The notes: generated from the letters alone by a model not told the origin. A stretch of 64,000 nt of DNA from an uncultured Akkermansia sp. (GCA_966252115.1 CBINNW010000007.1:2142-66141), one strand, 5' to 3'; shown: positions 46,638-57,539, numbered from the stretch's first letter. Translations and numbers: made by a program.

Positions 46638-47294
46638 TTGTGCCCCTGCAACCGCATGAGCACCCGAGCGCACGCCATTCCGGCCGGAGCGGACGCCTCG
46701 CTTGACCGCAAGCGCGAGGCCGACGCCGATTGGTCGCTCGTGCGGCAAATCCAGGCGGGCGACCTCACCCGCTTCGACGAGCTCGTGCTGAAATACCGCG
46801 AACGCATCTGGAGCGTGATCTACCACCTCACCTCCAACCGCGAGGACGCCGCCGATCTCACGCAGGACACCTTCATCAAAGCCTTCCAGTCGATCAACCG
46901 CTTCCAGGGCCAGTCCTCCTTCTTTACCTGGATCTACCGCATCGCGATCAACACCACCCTTAACCACCTCCAGAAAAACAAGCTCAGGCGTTTCTTCAGC
47001 TTGGAAAAGATCCGCGACGAAGAGCCTGTGGGCGCCCTGGTGGAGCAGCTCACCGACCGCGGCCCCAGCTCCGACCGGCAGGCCTGCCTGAACGAACTTC
47101 AGCAAAAGTTGAACGAGGCCATGCAAAAACTGTCTATCAAGCATCGCACCGTGGTCACTTTGTTCGAAATCGACGGCCTCACCCATGAGGAAATCGCGCA
47201 AATCACCGGCGCCTCCATCGGCACCATCCGCTCCCGCCTTCACTACGCCAAACAGCTTCTGCAAAACGAACTGCAACCCTTCCTAGGATCATGA
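46638..47294 (+). CDS. ECF-type RNA polymerase sigma factor (RpoE-like)
   Basis: Region 2 DAADLTQDTFIKAF and FFTWIYRIAINT. Region 4 LTHEEIAQITGASIGTIRSRLHYAKQ. ATG 46656 is an alternative start. Confidence 0.9.
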   Translation: MCPCNRMSTRAHAIPAGADASLDRKREADADWSLVRQIQAGDLTRFDELVLKYRERIWSVIYHLTSNREDAADLTQDTFIKAFQSINRFQGQSSFFTWIYRIAINTTLNHLQKNKLRRFFSLEKIRDEEPVGALVEQLTDRGPSSDRQACLNELQQKLNEAMQKLSIKHRTVVTLFEIDGLTHEEIAQITGASIGTIRSRLHYAKQLLQNELQPFLGS

Positions 47295-48451
47295 GCGAAT
47301 CTCCCGAGCCCGCTCGCCCGCCCACCATCGAGGATCTGCTGCGCCTCAAACGCGCCGAGCGGCCCGACGACGCTTTTTGGCACGAGTTCGACGCGGGGCT
47401 GCGCCGCAAACAACTCGCGGCCATCGTGGAGCCCCGCCCGTGGTGGCTCGGGCTCAGCCTCCTCGCCCGCCGCGTCTCCCCGCCCGTCTGGGCCGCCTCC
47501 GCCGTATCGGGCGGCGCCGCCGCGCTCTTCGCCCTCGTTTCCCTCAACACCACGGCGTCCGCCCCGGATTCCGCCCCCGCGCGTCCCACCGTGGTCGCCG
47601 CGGCTGCGGCCTCCGCCGCTTCCGATCCTCACGCGCACACCCACCCGACGGATGGCGAGTCGGCGGCCGTCCGCCCCTCCGACATCACGTCCCCCGCCCG
47701 CCCCCTGCTCGCCTCCGCAGCCCTCGCCTCCGCCCCGATGGAGCACGGCCCCGCCGCCAGCGCCCGAGTCGGCTCGACCGACGGCGAGGAGATGACGATT
47801 CCGGCGAGCCCCGCCTCGCCGCAGCCGCTCGCGAACATCCGGCACTCCGCCGCCGAGGCGCTAAAAGCCGGCGCGCAGCTCGCCGCCTTGGAACTCCCCG
47901 TCCCGCGTTTGGAACAGACCTCCGACGCCCTCGTCGCGGGCGGCGCCTCCGGCGTCGCCCAGACCCGCTCCGCGCAGCACCCTGCGGTCGGCCGACCCGC
48001 GCCGCTCGGAACGGTGGCCCATCCGCTGGATGTGACGCTCACCGATCTGCTGGCCGCGAGTTTCGACCTCCATGCGTGGGACTTTGTCGCCTCCGCCGGT
48101 CCCTGGGCCCCCACCGCGCTGACGCCCCAAAAGGCGGGACGGACGGCGGAACCCGCCTCCGTTCTGGCCGATGCGGATAATTTTGACGCCGCTCTCGCCC
48201 AGGTCGCTTTCGCCGAACCCGCGGTCGCGACCACCGCGCTGGGCGAGACCGAGGCGCCCGACATCGATCCCGCCGCGCTCGCGCCCCGCCAGGCTCGTTT
48301 GCTCGCCGTGGCCCTGCCCGCCGATCACGAGACCGAGCCGGTCGCCCGAGCGAAAGATCGGATCGTGCGGCATCTCGCCTCCGGCGATCAGCTCTACGCC
48401 TCGGCCACCCGCCTCGGCGTCGGCGGCGACCGCCTGTCGTTGCGCTTCTGA
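47291..48451 (+). CDS. putative anti-sigma factor (single TM, Ala/Pro-rich exo-domain)
   Basis: ATGA overlap with the sigma gene. Short cytoplasmic N-terminus and the TM AASAVSGGAAALFALVSL. No family motif recognised. Confidence 0.5.
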   Translation: MSESPEPARPPTIEDLLRLKRAERPDDAFWHEFDAGLRRKQLAAIVEPRPWWLGLSLLARRVSPPVWAASAVSGGAAALFALVSLNTTASAPDSAPARPTVVAAAAASAASDPHAHTHPTDGESAAVRPSDITSPARPLLASAALASAPMEHGPAASARVGSTDGEEMTIPASPASPQPLANIRHSAAEALKAGAQLAALELPVPRLEQTSDALVAGGASGVAQTRSAQHPAVGRPAPLGTVAHPLDVTLTDLLAASFDLHAWDFVASAGPWAPTALTPQKAGRTAEPASVLADADNFDAALAQVAFAEPAVATTALGETEAPDIDPAALAPRQARLLAVALPADHETEPVARAKDRIVRHLASGDQLYASATRLGVGGDRLSLRF

Positions 48452-48597
48452 CATTCCCACCCGTCGCAGGCGCGAGGAGCGGGCGCGGCGCGCAGGCAGC
48501 CCCGACGGGAAACGTTTTCCCGTGAGGCAGTCTGCGAAGACGTGGCGACGTCCGGCACGGGTGTAACACCAATTACGTGTTGAGTTGGGACTTTCGG

Positions 48598-48710
48598 GGA
48601 AGGGCGCGACCGCCGGGCGCGCCGGTTTGGGTGGCGATCACCGTCGGTATTCGGAGGCGGGCCCGGCGGTCCCGCCCTTGAGAGTCAATCCATCCCGTAA
48701 CTGGTATAAC
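48598..48710 (+). repeat. GC-rich dyad element, copy 4 (with 3' tail)
   Basis: GGGAAGGGCGCGACCGCCGGGCGCGCCGGTTTGGGTGGCGATCACC..GGCGGGCCCGGCGGTCCCGCCCTTGAGAGTCAATCCATCCCGTAACTGGTAT. Confidence 0.8.
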
Positions 48711-48851
48711 CGGGACACGATGCCGGCGCTGCCGGTGGCCAAGCCCGGACTTTGACATCCCTTCCGACTACACCCTCGGCACCACAGACCGCCGCCACGC
48801 TTGCCCCCGCGCCCGGGCTCAACTCACTGTGCCGTCTCACACCCTCCGCGC

Positions 48852-49430
48852 GTGCTCCTCGTCATCGACAACTACGACTCGTTCACCTTCAACTTGGTGC
48901 AGTATTTCGGCCAACTCGGCGTCGAACAGCGGGTGTTCCGCAACGACGAGATCACGCCCGCCGAGGCCCTCGCGCTCAATCCCGACCGCGTGCTAATCTC
49001 GCCCGGCCCCTGCTCCCCCGCCGAGGCCGGCGTCTCGCTGGAGATGATCGGCGCATTCGCCGGCAAAAAACCCATCTTCGGCGTCTGCCTCGGACACCAG
49101 TCCATCGGCCACTATTTCGGCGGCCGCGTGGTGCGCGCCGACCGCCTCATGCACGGCAAGACGTCCCCGATCCTCCACAAGGACACCGACGTCTTTCGCG
49201 GCCTGCCCCAGGGCTTCGCCGCCACCCGCTACCATTCGCTCCTCGTCGAGCGCGCCAGCCTGCCCTCCTGCCTCGACGTCACCGCCGAGACCGCCGAGGG
49301 CGAGATCATGGGCCTGCGACACAAGGAGCTGCCCATCTGGGGCGTGCAGTTCCACCCCGAGAGCATCGCCACCGAGGGCGGCATGCGCATCCTGGAGAAC
49401 TTCCTCAAACTCGAACGAGCCGAAACCTGA
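48852..49430 (+). CDS. anthranilate/aminodeoxychorismate synthase glutamine amidotransferase component
   Basis: [25 protein letters not shown] (nucleophile Cys) and FHPES. GTG 48852 is preferred over the track start 48801. Confidence 0.9.
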   Translation: MLLVIDNYDSFTFNLVQYFGQLGVEQRVFRNDEITPAEALALNPDRVLISPGPCSPAEAGVSLEMIGAFAGKKPIFGVCLGHQSIGHYFGGRVVRADRLMHGKTSPILHKDTDVFRGLPQGFAATRYHSLLVERASLPSCLDVTAETAEGEIMGLRHKELPIWGVQFHPESIATEGGMRILENFLKLERAET

Positions 49431-49511
49431 GGCGCGCAGGCCCCGCCCCGCGCCGCCCTCCGCGCCGCCGCCCACCGAGCACCGATTTCCGCCCCGTCCC
49501 GCCTCCGCAAT

Positions 49512-49979
49512 ATGCGTTGTCCCAAGTGCACCTCGATCGAAGACAAGGTCGTTGACTCCCGCATCAGCCGGGAGGGCAACTCGATCCGCCGCCGGCGCGA
49601 GTGCCTCGAATGCGGCCACCGCTTCACCACCACGGAGACGCTCGTGCGCGAAGGCATCGTGGTCCTGAAACACGACGGCCGCCGGGAGGAGTTTGACCGG
49701 GAAAAACTCGCCCGCTCCGTCCGCGCCGCCTGCCACAAACGCCCCATCGACGCCGAGCGCATCAGCATGCTGGTGGACGACGTGATGGACATCCTCGAGG
49801 CCCGTCACGACGGCGAGATCCCCAGCAAAGCCATCGGCGAGGGCGTCATGGCCCAGCTGCGCAAGATCGACCACGTCGCCTACGTCCGCTTCGCCAGCGT
49901 TTACAAGGAGTTCCGCGACGTGTCGGAATTTGTCTCCGAGATCAACGACCTCGCCCCCAAGCCCGAGGGCGCCGCCTGA
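49512..49979 (+). CDS. nrdR: transcriptional repressor NrdR
   Basis: MRCPKC..CLECGHRFTT zinc ribbon plus an ATP-cone. 155 aa. Confidence 0.95.
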   Translation: MRCPKCTSIEDKVVDSRISREGNSIRRRRECLECGHRFTTTETLVREGIVVLKHDGRREEFDREKLARSVRAACHKRPIDAERISMLVDDVMDILEARHDGEIPSKAIGEGVMAQLRKIDHVAYVRFASVYKEFRDVSEFVSEINDLAPKPEGAA

Positions 49980-50488
49980 TGAACGCGCGAACCGACCGCG
50001 ACGAGCTGCGTCGGCTTCTTTTCATCAACGCCCTCTTTTCCCGCATCACCGGCGACGACCTCTATCTCGCGCGCCAGATCAAGGAGGCCATCGCCTTTAG
50101 TCTGGCCGAACTGGCCGAGCAAACGCGCGCCCGCCCCGAACTCGCCGCGCGCTACGACGCCGCCTTCACCGCCGCCGCCGCGCGCCTGCTGGAGAAGTTT
50201 TTCGCCGGGCAGATCCACCACGGCTTTTTCCACTGGGACGCCCTCAGCACGCTCGCCTCCGCGACGCCCCTTTTCGCCCGGGCCGAGCTCATGGCCGGCC
50301 TCAAACGCCTCGCCGCCTACCGCGAGGCCACCGTGCTCGTGACCAACCTTCGCGCCGCCTGCCTGCCGCCCGAACAACGCGAGACCGCCCGCCGCCGCCG
50401 CGAATACGAGGAGGCCCTCGCCTACGTCCAGGATCTCACCGCCGCCCGCACCCGCCCCGACGCCGATCTGCGCCTGCTGTTTCTGTAA
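49979..50488 (+). CDS. hypothetical protein (169 aa)
   Basis: Its start overlaps the nrdR stop (TGATG), and an intrinsic terminator follows. Helical, no family recognised. Confidence 0.5.
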   Translation: MNARTDRDELRRLLFINALFSRITGDDLYLARQIKEAIAFSLAELAEQTRARPELAARYDAAFTAAAARLLEKFFAGQIHHGFFHWDALSTLASATPLFARAELMAGLKRLAAYREATVLVTNLRAACLPPEQRETARRRREYEEALAYVQDLTAARTRPDADLRLLFL

Positions 50489-50518
50489 ACGCGCCCGCCA
50501 CGCCCGGCGCGTGTTTTT
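50489..50518 (+). terminator. intrinsic terminator
   Basis: ACGCGCC-N10-GGCGCGT followed by GTTTTT, directly after the stop at 50488. Confidence 0.7.
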
Positions 50519-50552
50519 CATTCGTCATTCGTCCTCGGTCATTCGTCATTCG
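50518..50552 (+). repeat. five tandem heptads TCATTCG (central unit degenerate)
   Basis: TCATTCG TCATTCG TCCTCGG TCATTCG TCATTCG, ending 27 nt upstream of the HIT gene ATG. Confidence 0.8.
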
Positions 50553-50578
50553 GCACAAGGCGTCCGCGCCTTTCCGCC

Positions 50579-50917
50579 ATGCCCACCCTCTTCGAACGCA
50601 TCATCGCCCGCGAGATTCCCGCCAAGATCGAGCACGAGGACGACCACTGCATCGTCATTCACGACATCCAGCCGCAGGCTCCCGTGCACCTGCTCATCAT
50701 TCCGAAGACCGTCATTCCCCGCGTCGGCGACGCCGCCCCCGAACACCAGGCCACCCTCGGACATCTCCTGCTGACCGCCGGGGAAGTGGCCCGAAAACTG
50801 AAACTCGAACGCGGCTTTCGCCTCGTCGTGAACCACGGCCCCGACGCCTGCGAGACCGTGCCGCACCTGCACATCCACCTCCTCGCCCGCCGCCAGCTCT
50901 CCTGGCCCCCGGGCTGA
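50579..50917 (+). CDS. HIT-family (histidine triad) protein
   Basis: 112 aa with the HLHIHLL histidine triad. Confidence 0.9.
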   Translation: MPTLFERIIAREIPAKIEHEDDHCIVIHDIQPQAPVHLLIIPKTVIPRVGDAAPEHQATLGHLLLTAGEVARKLKLERGFRLVVNHGPDACETVPHLHIHLLARRQLSWPPG

Positions 50918-50938
50918 GCGCGCCGGACGCGAAACGCC

Positions 50939-50968
50939 CCGCCCGCCCTCGGGCGGCGAAGGGTTTTT
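50939..50968 (+). terminator. stem-loop plus T5 between the convergent HIT and clpX genes
   Basis: CCGCCCG-CCCT-CGGGCGG, then a T5 run 8 nt downstream. Confidence 0.5.
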
Positions 50969-52308
50969 CAGGCCGCGTCCTGCGTCTCGCCGCCGGCGCG
51001 TTGACCGGCGGCTTTCGTGCCGGCGGCCCGGCGTTTCAGGCGCGGCTTGCGTTTGCCCGCCACCACCGAGGCGTCGATGAGCACCTCGCCCACGTCGTCG
51101 CGCGCCGGCAGGTCATACATGACCTCCAGCATGAGCTGCTCCAGGATCGCCCGCAGCGCACGCGCGCCGGTCTTCAGATTGATCGCCTTTTGCGCCACGG
51201 CCCGCAGCGCGTCGGGCGTGAAACGCAGCGTCACTCCGTCCATCGCGAAGAGTTTGGCGTATTGTTTGACCAAGGAGTTTTTGGTGTCCTGCAACACCTT
51301 CTCGAGGTCCGCCAGCTTCAGCGGCGCCAGCACCGAGACCACCGGCAGACGCCCGATAAACTCCGGGATCATGCCGAAGCGCACCAAATCCTCCGGCGCC
51401 AGCGAACGCATCAAAGCCTCCGCCGCCGCCTCGCCGTCCGCCGTCTCGGCCTGGGGCCGCAGCCCCGCATGGGCGCCGAAGCCGATGCCGCGCGCGCCGA
51501 GGCGACGCTGCACGATCGAGTCGAGCCCCACGAAGGCGCCGCCGCAGATAAAAAGGATGTTCTGCGTGTTCACCTGCACCAGCTCCTGGTTCGGGTGCTT
51601 GCGCCCGCCCTGGGGCGGCACGTTGCAGACCGTGCCCTCGAGGATCTTCAGCAGCGCCTGCTGCACGCCCTCGCCCGACACATCGCGCGTGATGGAAACG
51701 TTTTCCGTTTTGCGGCCGATCTTGTCGATCTCGTCGATGTAAACGATGCCGCACTCGGCGCGCTTCACGTCGAAATTCGCGTTCTGGAGCAGGCGCACGA
51801 TCACGTTTTCCACGTCGTCGCCCACATAACCCGCCTCCGTCAGGGTGGTCGCGTCCGCGATGGCGAAAGGCACCTCCAGGATGCGGGCCAGGGTCCGCGC
51901 GAGCAGGGTCTTGCCCGAGCCGGTGGGGCCGGCGAGCAGGATGTTGCTCTTCTCCACCTCCACGTCGTTGAACTCCGGCGCCAGCGTGCCGCCCTGCCGC
52001 TCCGGTCCGCCCGACGCGAAGGTGAGCCGCTTGTAATGGTTATACACCGCGACCGAGAGCACCTTTTTCGCGTGCTCCTGCCCGATCACGTGCTCGTCGA
52101 GGGTGCGCTTGATCTCGGACGGCTTCATCAGCCGGAAGGTCGGGCGACGGTCCACCGCCGGAGTGGCCAATTCGCGATCGATGATCGTCTTGCAGACGTT
52201 CACACACGAGTCGCAGATGTAAACGCCCGGCCCGGCGATGATCTTGCGAACTTCGTGCTGCGGCTTTCCGCAAAAGGAGCAGAGATTTACGCGGGTCGCC
52301 TTGGCCAT
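50968..52308 (-). CDS. clpX: ATP-dependent Clp protease ATP-binding subunit ClpX
   Basis: Zinc-binding CSFCGK..CDSC and Walker [12 protein letters not shown] 52308 lies inside the longer track ORF. Confidence 0.95.
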   Translation of the reverse strand: MAKATRVNLCSFCGKPQHEVRKIIAGPGVYICDSCVNVCKTIIDRELATPAVDRRPTFRLMKPSEIKRTLDEHVIGQEHAKKVLSVAVYNHYKRLTFASGGPERQGGTLAPEFNDVEVEKSNILLAGPTGSGKTLLARTLARILEVPFAIADATTLTEAGYVGDDVENVIVRLLQNANFDVKRAECGIVYIDEIDKIGRKTENVSITRDVSGEGVQQALLKILEGTVCNVPPQGGRKHPNQELVQVNTQNILFICGGAFVGLDSIVQRRLGARGIGFGAHAGLRPQAETADGEAAAEALMRSLAPEDLVRFGMIPEFIGRLPVVSVLAPLKLADLEKVLQDTKNSLVKQYAKLFAMDGVTLRFTPDALRAVAQKAINLKTGARALRAILEQLMLEVMYDLPARDDVGEVLIDASVVAGKRKPRLKRRAAGTKAAGQRAGGETQDAA

Positions 52309-52557
52309 GCGAGCGGGGAGACTGGGCGGCGCCCCCCCGGCAGGGAAGCCCGAAAACGGGTGGATTTTCCCCAATCGTCTCCTGCGTGACCACCGTGACC
52401 GCCATCTTTTGGCGGCATTCGACGCCCCACCTCGCCACCACCCCGTCACCTCGACGCTGCATCTCGACACCGGAGACCGCCGCAGGCCCCCGCCGGGGCC
52501 GCTGCCAATATCCGCGCCGCGTTGGCCAAGCCGCGCCCAGCCCGGCTCCGCGTTTTT

Positions 52558-52572
52558 TGGCATGCTCGTGGC
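52558..52572 (+). promoter_or_regulatory. candidate sigma-54 -24/-12 promoter
   Basis: TGGCAT-GCTCG-TGGC, with GG-N10-GC spacing as in the TGGCAC-N5-TTGC consensus. Lies 45 nt upstream of the PFOR ATG. Confidence 0.3.
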
Positions 52573-52616
52573 CGTGGCCGCGACGGTCAGCGCCGTCCCG
52601 CGCCGCGCTCCCCGCC

Positions 52617-55600
52617 ATGCCCAATTCCCTTCCCGCCGCTCCCCGCGCCGCCGACACCGCGAAGCTCACCGCCCGTCCCGCCCCGGGCCATGTCACCTGC
52701 GACGCCAACGAGGCCGTGGCCTCCGTCGCCCACCGCCTGAGCGAGTTCATCGCGATCTACCCGATCACGCCCTCCTCGCCGATGGCGGAATCCTGCGACG
52801 AGTGGTCCGCCGCCGGACGCACCAACATCTGGGGCGAGGTCCCGAAAGTCGTGCAACTCCAGTCCGAGGGCGGCGTGGCCGGCGCCGTGCACGGCGGTCT
52901 GCTCGGCGGCGCCCTCACCACCACCTTCACCGCTTCGCAGGGCCTGCTGCTGATGCTGCCCAATCTCTACAAGATCGCCGGCGAACTCCTGCCCTGCGCC
53001 CTCCACGTCACCGCCCGCTCCCTCGCCGCCCAGGGCCTCTCCATCTTCGGCGACCACTCCGACGTCATGGCCTGCCGCCAGACCGGCTGCGCCCTCCTCG
53101 CCTCGAACCATCCGCAGGAATCGCAGGACCTCGCGCTCGTCGCCCACGCCGCCACCCTCCGCGGACGCCTGCCGATCCTCCACTTCTTCGACGGCTTCCG
53201 CACCTCGCACGAGATTTCCAAGATCGTGCCGCTCGGCGACGACGTGCTCCGCGCCATGATCGACGCCGACGCCCTCGCCGCCTTCCGCGCCCGCGCCCTC
53301 TCCCCCGACCGGCCCAAAATCCACGGCACCGCGCAAAACCCCGACGTGTATTTCCAGGGCCGCGAAAGCGTGAACGCCACCGTCGAGGCCTTCCCCGCCG
53401 TGGTCGAGGAGTGCATGCGCGATCTCGCCCGGCTCACCGGCCGCAAGTATTCGCTGGTTGAATACCACGGCGACCCGCGCGCCGAACGCGCCGTCGTCTG
53501 CATGGGCAGCGGCGTCGAGGCCCTCCAGGCCGCCGCCGACCACCTCAACGCCCACGGCGAACGCGTCGGCGTGATCTCCGTCCGCCTCTTCCAGCCCTTC
53601 CCCGTCACCGCCTTCCTCAACGCCCTCCCGTCCACCGTGCGCACCCTCGGCGTGCTCGACCGCACCAAGGAACCGGGCGCCGTGGGCGAGCCGCTTTTCC
53701 AGGCCGTCGTCGCCGCCCTCGCCCGCGCCGAGCACCCGGTCGCGGTGCCGCCCGCCCGCGTCTTCGGCGGCCGCTACGGCCTCGGCTCGAAGGAGTTCAC
53801 CCCGGCCATGGCTCTGTCGGTCTTCGGCCACCTCAACACCGCCCGCCCCAAGCAGGGCTTCACCATCGGCATCCACGACGACGTCACCCACAGCTCCCTG
53901 CGCTGGGACAACTCCCTCGAACTCGAGGCGCCCGGCGTGCGCCGCTGCGTCTTCGTCGGCCTCGGCGCCGACGGCACGGTCGGGGCCAACAAAAACTCGA
54001 TCAAGATCATCGGCGAGCAGACCGACTTCTTCGCCCAGGGCTACTTCGTCTATGACTCGAAAAAATCGGGCTCGGTCACGGTCTCGCATCTGCGTTTCGG
54101 ACCGCAACCGATCCACGCGCCCTGGCTCGTCCGCAGCGCCCAGTTCGTCGCGTGCAGCCAGTTCAGCTTCGTCGGCCGCCACGAGATCCTCGGCTACGCC
54201 GCGCCCGGCGCCACCGTGTTGCTCGACTCCCCCTACGAACCGGCCGACACCTGGGAAAAACTGCCGCGCGCCTGGAAGCAGACCGTCCTCGCGAAAAAGC
54301 TCCGCCTCTTCGTCATCGACGCCAACGGCGTCGCCTCCCGCGCCGGCATGGGCCGCCGCACCAACACCGTCCTCCAGACCTGTTTCTTCGCCCTCTCCGG
54401 CGTGCTCCCGCAGGACGAGGCCATCGCCCACATCAAAAAAGCCATCGCCAAAACCTACGCCCGCAAGGGCGAGAAGGTCGTCCAGATGAACCACGCCGCC
54501 GTGGACGCCGCCCTCGCCGCCCTGCACGAGGTGCCGCTGCCCGCCGCCCTCGACGAGGCCGACGCCGCCCCCGCGCCCGACCGCTACGCCGCCTTCACCG
54601 AAAAATTTCACCGCGACGTCACCGCCCGCCTGCTCGCCGGCGAGGGCGACCTCCTGCCCGTCTCCGCCCTGCCCGCCGACGGCGGCTGGCCCACCGCCAC
54701 CACCCGCCTCGAAAAACGCTCCATCGCGCTCGAGCTCCCGCAGTGGGACGCCTCCCTCTGCATCCAGTGCAACAAGTGCGTCTTCGTCTGCCCCCACGCC
54801 GCCATCCGCGCCACCCACGTCGCCCCGGTCGCCCTCGCCGACGCGCCCGCCGACCTCGCCACCCTGCCCTTCCGCTCCAACGAGCTGCCCGGCCGACGCT
54901 ACTTCCTCCAGGTCGCCCCAGACGACTGCACCGGCTGCTCGCTCTGCGTGCAGGTCTGCCCCGCCAAGGACAAGGCCAACCCCCGCCACAAGGCCCTCGA
55001 CATCGCGCCCGCCGCGCCGCGCCTGGAGAGCGAGCGCGCCAAGTGGGCCTTCTTCGAAAAACTGCCCTCGCCCGACCGTGCCATCGTGGACTTCACCACC
55101 GTGAAGGGCAGCCAGTTCGCCCGCCCACTCTTCGAGTTCTCCGGCGCCTGCGCCGGCTGCGGCGAGACACCCTACCTGAAGCTCCTCACCCAGCTCCTCG
55201 GCGACCGCCTGCTCATCGCCAACGCCACCGGCTGCTCCTCCATCTACGGCGGCAACCTGCCCACCACCCCGTATTGTAAAGATGAATACGGACGGGGCCC
55301 CGCCTGGGCCAACTCGCTCTTCGAGGACAACGCCGAGTTCGGCCTCGGCCTGCGCCACGCCGCCGACCAGCGCCACGCCACCGCGCGCCGTCTCCTGGAA
55401 AAACTCTCCCCGCGCCTCGACTCCGACCTCGTCGCCGCGCTCGGCGCCGCCACCCCGCGCGACGAGACCGCGCTCGCCGCGCGCCGCGAAAAAATCCGCC
55501 TCCTGCGCTCCGCCCTCGCCAAACTGAACGACGCCCCCGAAGCCGCCCTGCTCTCCGCCCTCGCGGACGAGTTGGTCAAAAAATCCGTCTGGATCGTCGG

Positions 55601-56225
55601 CGGCGACGGCTGGGCCTACGACATCGGCTACGGCGGCCTGGACCACGTCCTCGCCTCCGGCGCCAACGTGAAGATCCTCGTCCTCGACACCGAGGTTTAC
55701 TCCAACACCGGCGGCCAGTCGTCCAAGTCCACCCCCATGTCCGCCGTCGCCAAGTTCGCCGCCGGCGGCAAGCAGACCGGCAAGAAGGATCTCGCGCTCA
55801 TGGCCCTCCAGTATGGCCACGTTTACGTCGCCCGCGTCGCCTTCGGCGCCAAGGACTCGCAGACCCTGGCCGCGCTCCGCGAGGCCGAATCCTACGACGG
55901 ACCCGCGCTCGTCATCGCCTACAGCCACTGCATCGCCCACGGCTACAACCTCGCCCACGGGCTCGAGCAGCAGAAGCTCGCGGTGGACACCGGCTACTGG
56001 CCGCTCTTCCGCCACGACCCGCGCCGGGTGGACAAGGGTGAGTCGGCCCTCCTGCTCGACTCGCCCGCGCCCAAGCTGGCCCTGGAAAAGTTCACCGCCG
56101 GCGAGACCCGTTTCGGCATGCTCAAGGCCCTCGCCCCCGCGCGCGCCGACGAGCTCGCCCTCCGCGCCCAGGCCCTGCTCAAGACCCGCTACGCCCTCTA
56201 CCAGCACCTCGCCGAGAACAAGTAG
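52617..56225 (+). CDS. nifJ: pyruvate:ferredoxin (flavodoxin) oxidoreductase
   Basis: 1202 aa. Two 4Fe-4S motifs ([24 protein letters not shown]) and the TPP motif [10 protein letters not shown]. Confidence 0.95.
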   Translation: MPNSLPAAPRAADTAKLTARPAPGHVTCDANEAVASVAHRLSEFIAIYPITPSSPMAESCDEWSAAGRTNIWGEVPKVVQLQSEGGVAGAVHGGLLGGALTTTFTASQGLLLMLPNLYKIAGELLPCALHVTARSLAAQGLSIFGDHSDVMACRQTGCALLASNHPQESQDLALVAHAATLRGRLPILHFFDGFRTSHEISKIVPLGDDVLRAMIDADALAAFRARALSPDRPKIHGTAQNPDVYFQGRESVNATVEAFPAVVEECMRDLARLTGRKYSLVEYHGDPRAERAVVCMGSGVEALQAAADHLNAHGERVGVISVRLFQPFPVTAFLNALPSTVRTLGVLDRTKEPGAVGEPLFQAVVAALARAEHPVAVPPARVFGGRYGLGSKEFTPAMALSVFGHLNTARPKQGFTIGIHDDVTHSSLRWDNSLELEAPGVRRCVFVGLGADGTVGANKNSIKIIGEQTDFFAQGYFVYDSKKSGSVTVSHLRFGPQPIHAPWLVRSAQFVACSQFSFVGRHEILGYAAPGATVLLDSPYEPADTWEKLPRAWKQTVLAKKLRLFVIDANGVASRAGMGRRTNTVLQTCFFALSGVLPQDEAIAHIKKAIAKTYARKGEKVVQMNHAAVDAALAALHEVPLPAALDEADAAPAPDRYAAFTEKFHRDVTARLLAGEGDLLPVSALPADGGWPTATTRLEKRSIALELPQWDASLCIQCNKCVFVCPHAAIRATHVAPVALADAPADLATLPFRSNELPGRRYFLQVAPDDCTGCSLCVQVCPAKDKANPRHKALDIAPAAPRLESERAKWAFFEKLPSPDRAIVDFTTVKGSQFARPLFEFSGACAGCGETPYLKLLTQLLGDRLLIANATGCSSIYGGNLPTTPYCKDEYGRGPAWANSLFEDNAEFGLGLRHAADQRHATARRLLEKLSPRLDSDLVAALGAATPRDETALAARREKIRLLRSALAKLNDAPEAALLSALADELVKKSVWIVGGDGWAYDIGYGGLDHVLASGANVKILVLDTEVYSNTGGQSSKSTPMSAVAKFAAGGKQTGKKDLALMALQYGHVYVARVAFGAKDSQTLAALREAESYDGPALVIAYSHCIAHGYNLAHGLEQQKLAVDTGYWPLFRHDPRRVDKGESALLLDSPAPKLALEKFTAGETRFGMLKALAPARADELALRAQALLKTRYALYQHLAENK

Positions 56226-56253
56226 CCGCGGCGCAGGAGGCGGAGGAAAGGGA

Positions 56254-56421
56254 GGGGGCCAGAACGTCAGAACGACGGAGCGACAGAGGACAGAGCCACA
56301 GAAGCCGGAACCACAGCCCTCCCCGCCCCATCCCCCTCCGATCTCCGCCCCCCGACTTCCGACCTCTGACTTCTGCCCTCTGCCCTGGCCTCTGGCTTCC
56401 GGCCTCTGGCCTCTGCCCCTC
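56254..56421. repeat. phased inverted-arm element, CAGAGG/CAGAAC-unit variant
   Basis: Left arm ..CAGAACGTCAGAACGACGGAGCGACAGAGGACAGAGCCACAGAAGCC.. faces right arm ..GACCTCTGACTTCTGCCCTCTGCCCTGGCCTCTGGCTTCCGGCCTCTGGCCTCTGCC. Confidence 0.7.
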
Positions 56422-56454
56422 ACCACCACACCACCACCCCACCACCACACCACC

Positions 56455-57447
56455 ATGAACCTCACCACCGATTACCTGGGACTCACCCTGCGCAATCCGC
56501 TCGTGGTCGGCGCATCGCCCTGTTGCGACGACCTTGACCTCTGCCGACGCCTCGAGGACGCCGGCGCCTCCGCCATCGTCATGCACTCGCTCTTCGAGGA
56601 GCAGGTCGAGTTCGAGGAAAACGCCCGCCACCAGCTCCTCGACGGCATCGCCGACAGCCACCCCGAGGCCGCCGACTACTTCCCCCACTACGAGGACTAC
56701 GCGCTCACGCCCGACCTCTACATGCGCCAGCTCGTCCGCCTGAAGAGCGCCCTCACCATCCCCGTCATCGCCTCGCTCAACGCCCACCGCCCCGGCGGCT
56801 GGATGGACCACGCCCGCCGCCTCGAATCCGCCGGCGCCGACGCCATCGAGCTCAACCTCTACACCCTGCCCACCGACGTGGACGTCGACGCCGCCTCCAT
56901 CGAGAGCGAGCAGCTCTTCATCGTGCGGCAGGTCGTGGACTCGGTCCGCATCCCGGTCTCGGTCAAAATCTCCCCCTGGCTCACCGCGCCCGCGCACTTC
57001 GTGAAACAGCTCGAGTATGCCGGCGCCAAGGGGGTGGTGTTGTTCAACCGGTTTTATCAGCCCGACTTCAGCATCGAAGACCTGGACGTGCATCCGCAGC
57101 TCCGGCTCTCCGACTCGTCCGACCTGCTCATGCGTCTGCGTTGGCTCGCCATCGTGTCGCCCCGGGTGGACATCAGCGTGGCGGCCAGCGGCGGCGTGCA
57201 TACCTCGACCGACTTCATCAAGTCGCTGCTCGCCGGCGCGCACGCCACCCAGGTCGTATCCACGGTCCTGCGACACGGCTCCTGCGCGGTCTCGACGTTG
57301 CTGGAGGGACTCCGCGCCTGGATGAGGGAGCACGAATACGGTTCGGTGGACCAGCTCCGCGGCGCGCTCAACCTCGCCCGTTGCCCCCACCCCGCCGCCC
57401 ACGAGCGCGCCAACTACCTCAACGTCCTCCAGAGCTGGCGCGTGTAA
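56455..57447 (+). CDS. dihydroorotate dehydrogenase-like protein (class-1 DHOD/DPD TIM-barrel fold, function unknown)
   Basis: 330 aa. LRNPLVVGASP.., IELNLYTLP.., VSVKISP.., ASGGVH.. follow the DHOD-like fold order. ATG 56455. Confidence 0.8.
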   Translation: MNLTTDYLGLTLRNPLVVGASPCCDDLDLCRRLEDAGASAIVMHSLFEEQVEFEENARHQLLDGIADSHPEAADYFPHYEDYALTPDLYMRQLVRLKSALTIPVIASLNAHRPGGWMDHARRLESAGADAIELNLYTLPTDVDVDAASIESEQLFIVRQVVDSVRIPVSVKISPWLTAPAHFVKQLEYAGAKGVVLFNRFYQPDFSIEDLDVHPQLRLSDSSDLLMRLRWLAIVSPRVDISVAASGGVHTSTDFIKSLLAGAHATQVVSTVLRHGSCAVSTLLEGLRAWMREHEYGSVDQLRGALNLARCPHPAAHERANYLNVLQSWRV

Positions 57448-57451
57448 AAAA

Positions 57452-57539
57452 GTAGCGGGAGCTTCCAGCTCCCGTGTCAACTCGCGGAGCGAGTTGACTA
57501 CTTTCCGAGCCAAAGTGCTCGCGGGAGCTTCCAGCTCCC
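57452..57539 (+). repeat. three hairpins after the DHOD-like gene (two identical GGGAGCTTCCAGCTCCC)
   Basis: 57457-57473 and 57523-57539 are identical. GTCAACTCGC-GGA-GCGAGTTGAC lies at 57476-57498. Confidence 0.75.

Noticed and set aside
48573-48758. A 61-aa minus-strand ORF (..VIATQTGAPGGRALP..).
   Set aside because: It is a translation of the GC-rich dyad repeat. The same pseudo-peptide appears wherever that repeat occurs.
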